Part shown: piece by piece, positions 40,360 to 52,686 of the stretch
Layout: the number at the start of each line of letters is the position of its first letter
Numbering within the stretch: the stretch's first letter is position 1
DNA from: Eledone cirrhosa
Taxonomy: Eukaryota
Direction of reading: 5' to 3'
Assembly (NCBI GenBank): GCA_964016885.1
Contig: OZ024756.1
Coordinates: 9,114,001-9,178,000, forward strand
Length of the DNA: 64,000 bases
The notes under the pieces: generated by a model
Databases searched by the model: none
Told to the model about the DNA's origin: nothing
What the model saw: the letters and a program-made list of their open reading frames with translations, nothing else
Made by a program: the position numbers and the translations under genes

Positions 40360-41230
40360 AACACTCACATATACACACACATATATACACACACATTCAC
40401 ATATATACACACATACACACAAGTACACACACACATATATATACACACACATGCACATATACACTCACATACACACATATACACTCACATATATATACAC
40501 ACACACACACACATATACACTCACATATATACACACACATATACACTCACATATATATACACACACACATATACACACAAGTACACACACACATATATAT
40601 ACACACACTCACATATACACACACATTTATACACACACTCACATATATACACACACACATATATATATATACACACACACAGACTCACATATATACACAC
40701 ACTCACACATATACAAACACACACAAGTACACACACACACACATATATATATACAAACACACACAATCACATATTTACACACACACACTCACATATATAC
40801 ACACACTCATATTTACACACACACACATATATACACACACACACACATACACACACACTCACATATATACAAACACACACACATATATACAAACACTCAC
40901 ATATATACACACACACACATATATACAAACACACACATATATACACACACTCACACACACACACTCACATATATACACACACATATATACACACACACAT
41001 ATATACACAGACACACGTATACACACACTCACATATATACACACACACATATACAAACACACACACATATATACACACACACACATATATACACACACAC
41101 GCAACGCTCACATATATACACACACACATATATACAAACACACTCACATATATACAAACACATACAAGTAGACACACACTCACATATATAGAAAGACACA
41201 CACACACATATATATAGAAACACACATACA
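40360..41230. repeat. (CA)/(TA) low-complexity tract
   Basis: Direct inspection. Confidence 0.93.
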
Positions 41231-41444
41231 CTATGTTGCATATAAGTGTATTGTCCTATCATTGAGGGCAGTGCAACTGCACCTCCAGCAATGTGACCCT
41301 GAGCATTCCCTCACATCAGTGAGGTAGCAAAAGCTTGTAACTATGACATCTATCAACTCACACATAATGTTGAACCTAGGGTCCCTCTACACCAGACACA
41401 CCATTGTGTCCGACTGTCCTCACATATATCACTGAGGTAAACAC

Positions 41445-44400
41445 CGCCTTCGGTCAAGAATGACCAAGGGATTTCACCTAGAAAGTTCCCCTCCGAGGCA
41501 CAAGTCTGGGTAAGTTTGTTTGTGGAAGACCAGCAGTCACCCATGAATACCAGTCTCCCCTCTCCACACCACTGATGTTGTCCAAGGGAAAGGTAATGAC
41601 TGATATAGCTTGACACCAGTGACATCACAACTCATATATACACTGTATATACACTGTATATATACATTATATATAAACCAGATATGATGTTGTCCAAGGG
41701 AAAGGTAATGGCTGATACAGCTTGACACCAGTGACGTCACAACTCATATATACACTGTATATACATTATATATATGCATTATATATATACATTATATATA
41801 AACCAGATATGATGTTGCCCAAGGGAAAGGTAATGACTGATACAGCTTGGCACCAGTGATGTCACAACTCATATATACACTGTATATACATTATATATAT
41901 ATACATTATATATACACCAGATATGATGTTGTCCAAGGGAAAGGTAATGACTGATACAGCTTGACACCAGTGATGTCACAACTCATATATACACTGTATA
42001 TACGTTATATATATACATTATATCATCATCATTGTATCATCACCTTGCCATTCTGAGTTCAAATCCCGCCGAGGTTAACTCTGCCTTTCATCCTTATGGG
42101 GTCGATAAAATAAAGTACCAGTAATACACTGGGTAATTGCTGGCCTTGTGCCAAAAGTAGAAACAATTATATCATCATCATCATCATCATCGTTTAACGT
42201 CCGTGTTCCATGCTTGCATGGGTTTGGACGGGGGTTTCCCACTTGAGGCAAGAGTGGTTATCTTGCTCGCATAGGACTATCTGGCGGGTTTTCTACAGCT
42301 GGATGCCCTTCCTAACACCAACCACATTTACAGTGTGGGGCTGGGAGGTTTTTACCGTGTTGCCTACACGGCCACATTACAGCGTGAACTGTGTGTTTTT
42401 TTGACGTGACACCTACACGATCTCATTTGTTTCGGCCTGGATGTTGTGGCACCAACATAACTTTACATTGAAAGGGGCGGGGGTGTATTTTGTTAGAGAT
42501 GCCTACTGACTGTAGTAGGTTTTATTTTGTATTTAGGTAAGGCGGGTCTTCTCTATTACTGAGTACCGCCAAAGGTCTCGGTCCAGTGACATTGTCTTGG
42601 TGAGGTGTAAGTGTGTGAGGTCGGAATTTATCAGCTCGTCCCAGGTTTTTCTGGGTCTGCCTATTCCGTGGCTACCGTCTATCTTTATTGCCCTGCACTT
42701 TGTTATACAGCTATCGTCCTTCATGCGCATCACGTGACCATACCAACGTAGCCTTCTCTCGAGTAAACAACATCTGATCCCTCTTATTTCTAATTTTTTC
42801 CTTAGTTCGTTTATGCTTTGCCGTTCACGTATATTACTATTACACATCCAGCGGAGCATGCAAGCTTCGTTCCTCTCTAGTCTGCGTATATCCTCTGCAC
42901 ACAATGCCCAGGTCTCACTGCCATGCAACATTGCTGTTCGTATGCAGGCATCGTACAACCTGCCTTTCATTTTTAGGGAGAACCCTTTAGCGGCTAATAG
43001 TGGTATGAGCTCTCTGAACTTTTTCCACCCAGTTCTGGCTCTAGCTACTGTACTTTCAGAGCACCCTCCCCCACTGCTGATTTTGTCACCCAGGTAACGG
43101 AAGCTGTCCACTATTTCTATAGAACTCTCTGCGCAGTTGAAAGGGCTAGTATTTTTTGGGCACTTGCTGCTACTTATTGCCCCAGAACACCGGCCACATG
43201 TAAAATCTATGTTCTTAGTTAGCTTACCTGTGATCCCACTACATCTTTTATGCACCCAAACTTTGCATTTGGGACACAAAATGGAGTTTCTACCTACGCC
43301 TTTCCTACACTCTGAGCATGGCCACTTCCCGGAGGGGACCGCCGCCTTATTTTCTTTCTTACAAACTAGAACTTTAGTCTTAGCCAGGTTAATTTTAAGG
43401 CCTTTTGATTCTAGGCCGTGCTTCCATGTTTGGAGTTTCTTCTCTAGCTCGGCCATTGTTTCAGCTATGAGCGTTAGATCATCTGCGTATAGGAGTTCCC
43501 ATGGGCAGCCGGTCTTGAACTCCACTGTTATAGCCTGGAGGGCAATAATAAATAGTAGGGGGCTAAGAACAGAGCCCTGATGAACACCAACTTTTACACT
43601 AAACTCTTCACTATATTCGTTGTTAATTCTAACCTTGCTGACTGTTTCTTTATACATGGCTTGTATAGCTCTCATAAGCCATTCATCAATACCTAGTTTT
43701 CTAAGAGCCCACCAGATAATGGAACGGGGGACTCTGTCGAAGGCTTTCTCCAAGTCGACGAAAGCTAAGTATAGGGGTTTACTTTTAGCTAGGTACTTCT
43801 CCTGTAGTTGTCGTACTTTTTCCTGACACAAACCCGAACTGCATTTCATCTAGATCAATTCGCTCTCTGATTAGTTGCGCTATTACTTTTTCCGTGACCT
43901 TCATGACCTGGTCGATTAATTTAATGCCTCTATAGTTACTCCTATCTAGGGCATCTCCTTTACCCTTATAACAGTTAATGATGATGCTGCTACGCCAGTC
44001 CTTCGGAACAGCCCCATTCTGTATGACTTGGTTGACTATCCGGGTGACCATGGTGTGTCCCACCGTACCAGATGCCTTCAGCATCTCGGCAACTATTTCC
44101 GAAGGCCCAGCCGCCTTACCCGTCTTCATATCTTTGATTGCCTTACTTATTGTACTACCCTCGACTAACACTGCTGGTCCCTCTATTGGGTTGATGTGGG
44201 GGAGACTGTCTTTCTCCCATTTATTCTCCTCATTTAGTAGCCTTTCATAGTGACACTTCCAAGCTACCTTCTTATCAGCGTCGGTGATGGCAAGTACGCC
44301 GTCATCATTAAGTACACACTTCATATATATACATTATATATATACATTATATATACACCAGATATGATGTTATCCAAGGAAAAGGTAATGGCCGATACAG

Positions 44401-44565
44401 CTTGGCACCAGTGACGTCACAACTCATTTCTACAGCTGAGTAAACTAGAGCAACGTGAAATAAAGTGTCTTGCTCAAGAAGACAATACAAAGCCCGGTCA
44501 GAGAATCGAACTGACAACCTCACGATTGTAAACCAGATGCTCTAACCACTAAGCCCTGTACCTTC
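41445..44565 (-). mobile_element. Family A SINE split by internal tandem amplification and nested SINE B and RTE insertions
   Basis: Head at 44370-44565, 3' part at 41445-41635, repeated internal segment GATGTTGTCCAAGGGAAAGG...CACAACTCAT between. Confidence 0.75.
42170..44323 (-). mobile_element. 5'-truncated RTE-clade LINE, copy 1
   Basis: NYRGIKL, FVDLEKAFDRVPR, GVHQGSVLSPLLF, LYADDL, LRWYGHVMR, GRPRKTW; one frameshift near 43810; stop at 42533; 3' UTR with (GAT)n tail. Confidence 0.95.
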
Positions 44566-44735
44566 ATTGAGGTAGTGGTAGCATAACTTACTGACATCTC
44601 CAACGTCTGTCAACACATACACATAAATTATCAACAAATTCATAATTGAATGTTAATACCCCCAAAGCAACACCCAGGACCAGAACTCTATGCAATTTGG
44701 GGTTAAAAAATTTTAAATAATTATACATAATTATT

Positions 44736-44915
44736 TTGGCAGTATCGGTAGAGGGTCGGACGCCATGCTTTCCAGCATAGTTACGTCCCTTTACGATCTG
44801 AGTTCAAATCCCGCCGAGGTTGACTTTGCCTTTCATCCTTACGGGGTCGATAAAATAAAGTACCAGTAATGTACTGGGTAATTGCTGGCCTTGTGCCTAA
44901 AGTAGAAACAATTAT
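44736..44915 (+). mobile_element. tRNA-SINE family B, full length
   Basis: TGGCAGTATCGG A box, GAGTTCAAATCCC B box, core and tail. Confidence 0.9.
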
Positions 44916-44943
44916 TTATTAATAATTACAAAACTAAATAATA

Positions 44944-45138
44944 TAAGAAGGTGGGCTGAAATGTTCATAGGCTGATTGTGAAGGAGTGATGTTAGAGCTG
45001 TGAAATCTTGCATGTATTAACTTCAACTCTTCTTATTAATACTGCATTGTTTCTTCCCAGAGACTATGTTGAAAAATAAACCTCATTTCCAAGAGAGCAT
45101 CTTGGTCAGCCTATGAACCTTTTCAGCTGACCCATATA
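44944..45138. mobile_element. Tc1/mariner-like MITE
   Basis: TIR-like GCTGAAATGTTCATAGGCTGA / TCAGCCTATGAACCTTTTCAGC with TA flanks. Confidence 0.7.
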
Positions 45139-45139
45139 T

Positions 45140-47230
45140 ATCATCATCATCGTCATCATTTTACATCCGCTTTTCCCTGCTTGCAAGGGTGGGACGGGTC
45201 TTATTCAGCACAGCATCTCTCCACTTGTCATGGTCCTTCGTCATTTCCACCGTGAGATTCAGCAATCTGAGGTCTGTTCTCACCACGTCCGCCCATGTTT
45301 TTCGTGGTCTACCTCTACCACGTCTTCCTTCAACTGGCATTTCCTGGCACTTCTTTACCCATCGGTCATCCTCCATGCGCATCACATGTCCATACCACTT
45401 CAGTCTCCTTTCCCGTACACTACATTCTATCCCCTTCAGACAGTTTCTCTCTCAACACATTTATGCTGGGTCGTTCACGCACATTGACATTTCACATCCA
45501 ACGGAGCATGCTTGCCTCATTTCTCTCCAGCCATCGCATGTCCTCTGCAGTTGCTGCCCATGTCTCACTACCATGCAGCATCGCGCTCCTCACACAGGCA
45601 TAATATAACCGGCCTTTTGTACGCAGGGAGAAACCCTTCTTCATCAGCAGAGAAAGCAGTTCCCTAAACTTCTTCCAACCCATCCTTATTCTAGATACTA
45701 TGGCCTCGGAACACCCCCCTCCCATGCTAATCTGATCTCCTAGGTACCGGAAGCTATCCACCACCTGCATTTGAAAAATGTGTCTATCAATGCGACTTCT
45801 ACTATCTAATTTCCCTGTACATCTACTGTATACGTATTTCTCCCTACCTGTTATCCCACTACATCTCTTGTGTACCCAAGATCTGCATTGTGTGCATTTT
45901 ATAGAATTTGTGCCAGTTCCTTTTCTGCATATCGAACATGGCCATTTCCCTGACGGAATCAGAGTTTTGTCCTCTTTTCTACTCATCAACACTTTTGTCT
46001 TAGCTAGCTTCACTCTCAGTCCTCTTGATTCCAACTGCTGTTTCCATAGCCAGAATTTATTCTCTAGCTCCTCTACTGATTCTGCTATAAGAACCAGATC
46101 GTCGGCATAGAGAAGTTCCCATGGACAGCCAGTCTTAAACTCCTCTGTTATAGCTTGGAGGACTATAATGAACAAGAGCGGGCTGAGGACTGAACCTTGA
46201 TGTACTTCTACTTGTATCTGGAATTCCTCACTAAACTCCATTCCTACCCTGACTTTACTGACAGTACCTCTGTACAAAGTTTGCAGTCCTCACAAGCCAT
46301 TCCTCAACACCTAGTTTCCTTAGGGACCACCAGATGACAGATCGGGGTACCCTATCAAAGGCCTTCTCTAGGTCAACAAAAGCTAAGTATAGTGGCTTAT
46401 TCTTCTTTAAGAACCTCTCTTGTAATTGTCTCACCAAGAAGAGGGCATCTGTTGTACTTTTCCCAGGCACAAAACCAAACTGCATCTCATCTAGTTTGAC
46501 CCTTTCTCTAATTAGCTGTGCTAATATCCTTTCTGCTTCTTTCATAACCTGATCCATCAGTTTTATACCCCTATAATTGCTCCTCTCCAGAGCATCCCCT
46601 TTACCTTTGTAGCAATTTATGAGAATACTGCTGCACCAGTGTTTGGGTATGACACCACCATATATAGCCTGATTGATGATGCGTGCAACCAGTTTAGTGC
46701 CTACGTCCTCTGATGCCTTCGGCATCTCAGCAACTATCACCGACGGTCCAGCAGCCTTACCACTTTTCTTTTCCTTAATCACCTCTTGGACCCTATATTC
46801 GTCAATCTCAATAGCTGGTCCCTCTTTCGGATCTACTGAGGGTAATTTCTCTCTCTCCCATTCGTTCTCCACATTCATCAGTCTCTCATAATGACATTTC
46901 CAGGCCTCCTTTGTCTGATCATTCGTGACACTAAGTACACCGGCATCATTCCAGACACATTTATCTCCAACAACATCCTGATTTGTACTGACACACTGCC
47001 TTGCAATGTGGAACACCGCACGCCTCTGATCTTCCCGTCGCAGAACATTGGCAGACCTCCTACTCTCTGCCTCCCTGCGTGCTAAGTACCCCTGACGTCT
47101 AGCTTCTCTCTTAGCAGCTGTATATCCTTCTCTACTCTCTAATGGACCTATCTACTGTGCTGTTCCACCACCAGGTCACACTCTGTCTGGTTGAAGCTCT
47201 GCCCAGTAAGTTGTCACATAAGAAATTCCA
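45140..47230 (-). mobile_element. 5'-truncated RTE-clade LINE, copy 2 (different subfamily, several frameshifts)
   Basis: TWWWNS, NYRGIKL, DLEKAFDRVPR, LYADDL, GRGRPRKTW; short tail GCAAGCAGGGAAAAGCGGATGTAAAATGA. Confidence 0.93.
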
Positions 47231-47250
47231 GTTATATATATATATATATA

Positions 47251-47607
47251 TATATAAAGAATGAATAATAACAGGTAGACATCATAAAAAGGTAGTTTAT
47301 TCCGTGTGCTTACAAGTGTTTCCACGGTGGTGCTGCAGCCTAGTTCCGCTACGTGCAAATTCACAAGTATTTGCCGAACTCGAATATCCAATGCTGTGAC
47401 CACTGACTTAAGGGTTTTTACATTGTATATTTACCATTCTGCTCTGAGGAAACAGTGGTCACAGCATTGGATATTCGAGTTCGGCAAATACTTGTGAATT
47501 TGCACGTAGCGGAACTAGGCTGCAGCACCACCGTGGAAACACTTGTAAGCACACGGAATAAACTACCTTTTTATGATGTCTACCTGTTATTATTCATTCT
47601 TTATATA
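47251..47607. mobile_element. Inverted pseudo-LTR-like pair, probable Penelope-like element remnant
   Basis: ~155-bp perfect inverted arms (47251-47405, 47453-47607), 47-bp spacer, hammerhead-like core followed by AATAAA. Confidence 0.65.
47436..47559 (+). ncRNA. Candidate type I hammerhead ribozyme
   Basis: CTGAGGA 47444-47450, GAAAC 47536-47540, GTA 47545-47547; helix I TGCT/AGCA; helix II ACAGTGGT/ACCACCGT; helix III only 2-3 bp. Confidence 0.55.
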
Positions 47608-47743
47608 CACTCCGGAATACTGAAGGATCAGGAACTTAGTTTCTTGAACAATTCTTCCATAACTCGTAGAGTAATCTCTTACCGTACGTCAACCATATCC
47701 AGTGTAGTAATTAACCATCACTACATCTTGGATAATCCTATAC

Positions 47744-47778
<35 letters not shown>

Positions 47779-47872
47779 ATTTTTTATGATTAAGTATAAA
47801 AATATTTTTTTTTAAATTTTATTTGTTCCAGCCAAGCGGCTGAGACCATTCTGAGGCACCGCTCTTGGGAAA

Positions 47873-47991
47873 TGCTTACAGCACCTAGGTTTCCCAAGTT
47901 GTCACCCATCTAAGTACTAACAAGGCCAGACATTGCTTAACTTCGGTGATCAGACAAGAATTGGTGTTTTCAGCGTGATATGGCCGTAAAC
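47873..47991 (-). pseudogene. 5S rRNA-derived sequence (pseudogene or SINE head)
   Basis: GTTTACGGCCATATCACGCTGAAAACACC...TGATCACCGAAGTTAAGC...GTTAGTACTTAGATGGGTGAC...GGTGCTGTAAGC, ~119 nt; solitary, several substitutions, no T4 terminator. Confidence 0.88.
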
Positions 47992-48196
47992 GTATATATA
48001 TATATATATATATATATATGATACATATATTGTTTTTTTTGTTCTGGTTTTCTTTTTCAGAAATATAGTTCACATAATTATTAGTGTTAATAGATACTAG
48101 ACCACACATGACCTGTTGGTCACGTTTGCTTCAAAATATTATTTTAAAATCATGTTCACTTAAAAATAATTTTACATGTATATAATGTGAAATGAA

Positions 48197-49187
48197 ACTG
48201 TATATACATTATATATACACCAGATATGATGTCCAAGGGAAAGGTAATGACTGATATAGCTTGACACCAGTGATGTCACAACTCATATATACACTGTATA
48301 TACATTATATATATATATATTATATATACACCAGATATGATGTTGTCCAAGGGAAAGTTAATGACCGATACAGCTTGACACCAGTGATGTCACAACTCAT
48401 ATATACACTGTATATACGTTATATATATACATTATATATACACCAGATATGATGTTGTCCAAGGGAAAGGTAATGACTGATACAGCTTGACACCAGTGAT
48501 GTCACAACTCATATATACACTGTATATACGTTATATATATACATTATAGTGAAGGCGTGTGGCTGAGTGGTTAGAGAATTGGATTCGCAATCGTAAGGGT
48601 GTGAGTTCGATTCCTGGACCAGGCGATGCGTTATGTCCTTGAGCAAGACACTTTATTTCACGTTGCTCCTTCTACCTGGAGTTGCGACCGGTAGATAGTA
48701 TTAGCAATTGGAAAGACCAACGGAAACACTGTTCCCTCGGTCCGATTTGACGAAAGTCGATCGTTCCTTTTTATATACATTATATATACACCAGATATGA
48801 TGTTGTCCAAGGGAAAGGTAATGACTGATACAGCTTGACACCAGTGACATCACAACTCATATATACACTGTATATACATTATATATACATTACATATATA
48901 CATTATATATACACCAGATATGATGTTGTCCAAGGGAAAGGTAATGACTGATACAGCTTGACACCAGTGACATCACAACTCATATATACACTGTATATAC
49001 ATTATATATACATTACATATATACATTATATATACACCAGATATGATGTTGTCCAAGGGAAAGGTAATGACTGATACAGCTTGACACCAGTGATGTCACA
49101 ACTCATATATACACTGTATATACATTATATATACACCATATATGATGTTGTCCAAGGGAAAGATAATGGCCGATACAGCTTGGCCAT
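48197..49187. repeat. ~105-120-bp array derived from SINE A interior, with nested SINE head at 48551-48771
   Basis: Same unit as 41570-42020. Confidence 0.88.
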
Positions 49188-49576
49188 ATATATGTGGGTG
49201 TATGTATATATATAAATGTGTGTGTATAGATATATATGTGTTTGCATATATATATATATATGTGGGTGTGATCTATATACACTGGTCATAGACACACACA
49301 CTCACATATATATATATATATACACAACCACAACTCCACCGACTCTCTCTCTCTCTCTTCCATTCTCATTCTTCCTCCCTTTCAATCTGCTCTCTCACAA
49401 CCACTATCTCTCTTTCTCTCTCTGTTTATGAAGGTACCCGGAAAGCCCCATGTCTCGGGAACCCGTGGTTCAATTTAAGCAAGACTTGTTTTATTCCATT
49501 TGTATTCCCATTTCAGGGTGAACCTCCTTTCAAAGTATTTTCCCATTATGCGCCCATTTGGCTGTATTACAGTGAA

Positions 49577-49757
49577 TTGGCAGTATCGGTAGAGGGTCGG
49601 ACGCCATGCTTTGACGTATAGAGTTACGGCCCTTGCCATTCTGAGCTCAAATCCCGCCAAGGTTAACTTTGCCTTTCATCCTTACGGGGTCGGTAAAATA
49701 AAGTACCAGTAATGCACTGGGTAATTGCTGGCCTGGTGCCTAACGTAGAAACAATTA
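49577..49757 (+). mobile_element. tRNA-SINE family B, full length
   Basis: Matches 44736-44915. Confidence 0.9.
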
Positions 49758-49906
49758 CATTTCAGACAAGCAGGCAATCACAGACTTTTAGTAATATATA
49801 GATAGATTAAACACCTGAAGCAAACTTAACTCATTTCTACCTTGATTAATATTATCTTTATATTTATATACTATAAAGAATTCAATTATAAATCCTGACT
49901 GTTTAT

Positions 49907-50843
49907 CCCTTTAGCATTTAAACTGGCCATATCATTCAGAATTCTTTCACCCCTTTCTGTTCAAACCAGCTGTAACTGACCACTCATACTGATGTTAAGG
50001 TATTGTTCTCTAAATAATATTAAAATATCATAGATTCGATATTATGTGAGATAATTATGTGAAGTAAAGCCTTTACTCCAAAAATATAATAGTAAATATA
50101 GAGTAATGTAAAGGCTAAAGGGTTAAATCAGCTGTATCTGGCCAGAATTCTCTCACCTCTTTCTGTTCAAACTGGCTGTACATACTGATGTTAAGGTTTT
50201 GTTCTCAAAATCTCGTAGATTCAATATTACGTGAGGTAAAGCCTTTATCATGAAAATACAATAGTATATATAGAGTAATGTAAATGTTATGTGAAATATT
50301 ATGTAAAGCCTTTACTGTGAAAATACAATAGTATATATAGAGTAATGTAAATGTTATGTGAGATATTATGTGAGATAAAGCCTTTACCATGAAAATACAA
50401 TAGTATATATAGAGTAATGTAAATATTATGTGAGGTAAAGCCTTTACTGTGAAAATACAATAGTATATATAGAGTAATGTAAATGTTATGTGAGATATTA
50501 TGTGAGGTAAAGCCTTTACTGTGAAAATATAATAGTATATATAGAGTAATGTAAATTTTATGTGAGATATTATGAGGTAAAGCCTTTACTGTGAAAATAC
50601 AATAGTATATATAGAGTAATGTAAATGTTATGTGAGATATTATGTGAAATAAAGCCTTTAGTGTGAAAATACAATAGTATATATAGAGTAATGTAAATGT
50701 TATGTGAGATATTATGTGAGGTAAAGCCTTTACTATGAAAATACAATAGTATATATAGAGTAATGTAAATGTTATGCGAGGTAAAGCCTTTACTGTGAAA
50801 ATACAATAGTATATATAGAGTAATGTAAATGCTAAAGGGTTAA
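49907..50843 (+). mobile_element. Two tandem piggyBac-like MITEs, the second with ~9 copies of the 72-bp unit
   Basis: CCCTTTAGCATTTA start; GCTAAAGGG-TTAA ends at 50126 and 50843. Confidence 0.8.
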
Positions 50844-51029
50844 AATTTTCCCAATGTTTCTTAAATCAATGGGGAAACAACAAGAAAAAAAATAGAAATG
50901 GTAAAAGAAAATTGCAAAAACAAACATGGTTGGAAGGAAAAAGGATTGGCAAGCACGAAAAACAAAAGTAACAAGCATTGAAAATAGAATTATATTTCTT
51001 ATTTTTGTTTATTTTTCCTATGTGCAAAC

Positions 51030-52157
51030 TTGGACATTTGTAACCCCGACCCCAAAATATATTTCTGGTTGGACATTTGTAACCCTGACCCCAAAATATA
51101 TTTCTGGTTGGACATTTGTAACCCCGACCCCAAAATATATTTCTGGTTGGACATTTGTAACCCTGATCCCAAAATATTTTTCTGGTTGGACATTTGTAAC
51201 CCCGACTCCAAAATATATTTCTGGTTGGACATTTGTAACCCCGACCCCAAAATATATTTCTGGTTGGACATTTGTAACCCTGACACCAAAATATATTTCT
51301 GGTTGGACAGTTGTAACCCTGACCCCAAAATATATTTCTGGTTGGACAGTTGTAACCCTGACCCCAAAATATATTTCTGGTTGGACATTTGTAACCCTGA
51401 CCCCAAAATATATTTCCTGTTGGACATTTGTAACCCTGACCCCAAAATATGTTTCTGGTTGGACATTTGTAACCCTGACCCCAAAATATGTTTCTGGTTG
51501 GACATTTGTAACTCTGACCCCAAAATATATTTCTGGTTGGACAGTTGTAACCCTGACCCCAAAATATATTTCTGGTTGGACATTTGTAACCCTGACCCCA
51601 AAATATATTTCCTGTTGGACATTTGTAACCCTGACCCCAAAATATGTTTCTGGTTGGACATTTGTAACCCTGACCCCAAAATATGTTTCTGGTTGGACAT
51701 TTGTAACTCTGACCCCAAAATATATTTCTGGTTGGACAGTTGTAACCCTGACCCCAAAATATATTTCTGGTTGGACATTTGTAATCCTGACCCCAAAATA
51801 TATTTCCTGTTGGACATTTGTAACCCTGACCCCAAAATATGTTTCTGGTTGGACATTTGTAACCCTGACCCCAAAATATATTTCTGGTTGGACATTTGTA
51901 ACCCCGACCCCAAAATATGTTTCTGGTTGGACATTTGTAACCCTGACCCCAAAATATATTTCTGGTTGGACATTTGTAACCCTGACCCCAAAATATATTT
52001 CTGGTTGGACATTTGTAACCCTGACCCCAAAATATATTTCTGGTTGGACATTTGTAACCCTGACCCCAAAATATATTTCTGGTTGGACATTTGTAACCCT
52101 GACCCCAAAATATATTTCTGGTTGGACATTTGTAACCCCGACTCAATATGTTTCTGG
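51030..52157. repeat. 39-bp tandem array, ~29 copies
   Basis: Unit TTGGACATTTGTAACCCTGACCCCAAAATATATTTCTGG; 13-aa period. Confidence 0.96.
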
Positions 52158-52686
52158 TAGTATATATATTATTCCTCATTATATTTTTAACATCTCCAAA
52201 GGGCTGAGAGGACCCCTCAGTCATGTTAAGGACATGACAGTTTCCCTAGAATTAGGGATCTACACGATAAACTCACCCAGTACACTCTGTAAAATGGTTG
52301 GTGATAGGAAGGTCATCCAACCATAGAAAGCTTGTGACTTGTTAAACAAAGCATTAGGGACCATCATCATCATCATCGTTTAACGTCCATTTTCCATGCT
52401 AGCATGGAAAATGGACATTAAACAATGAAGAATTTTGAGGGATTTACAAACATTTTTAATTATTTCATTACTAAGATAGTAACTTAATGTAAGATTCGTA
52501 TATAAAATTATATACTGCTTTGCAGTATTCATTTCAGCTGAGTTCAAATCCCACTAATATCAACTTTACCTTTCATCCATTCGAGGTGGATAAAAAAAGT
52601 ACCAGTCAAGTACTGGGGTCAATTCTTTCTCACTTCCATTCTCTCACTCTCTCTATCCTTCTCTGGAAGAAATCTTCTGTAATAAA

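Noticed and set aside
42533-47016. Active or domesticated reverse transcriptase genes
   Set aside because: Both copies lack the endonuclease region and carry frameshifts.
47873-47991. Functional 5S rRNA gene
   Set aside because: Solitary, diverged at normally conserved positions and lacking a T4 terminator; treated as derived.
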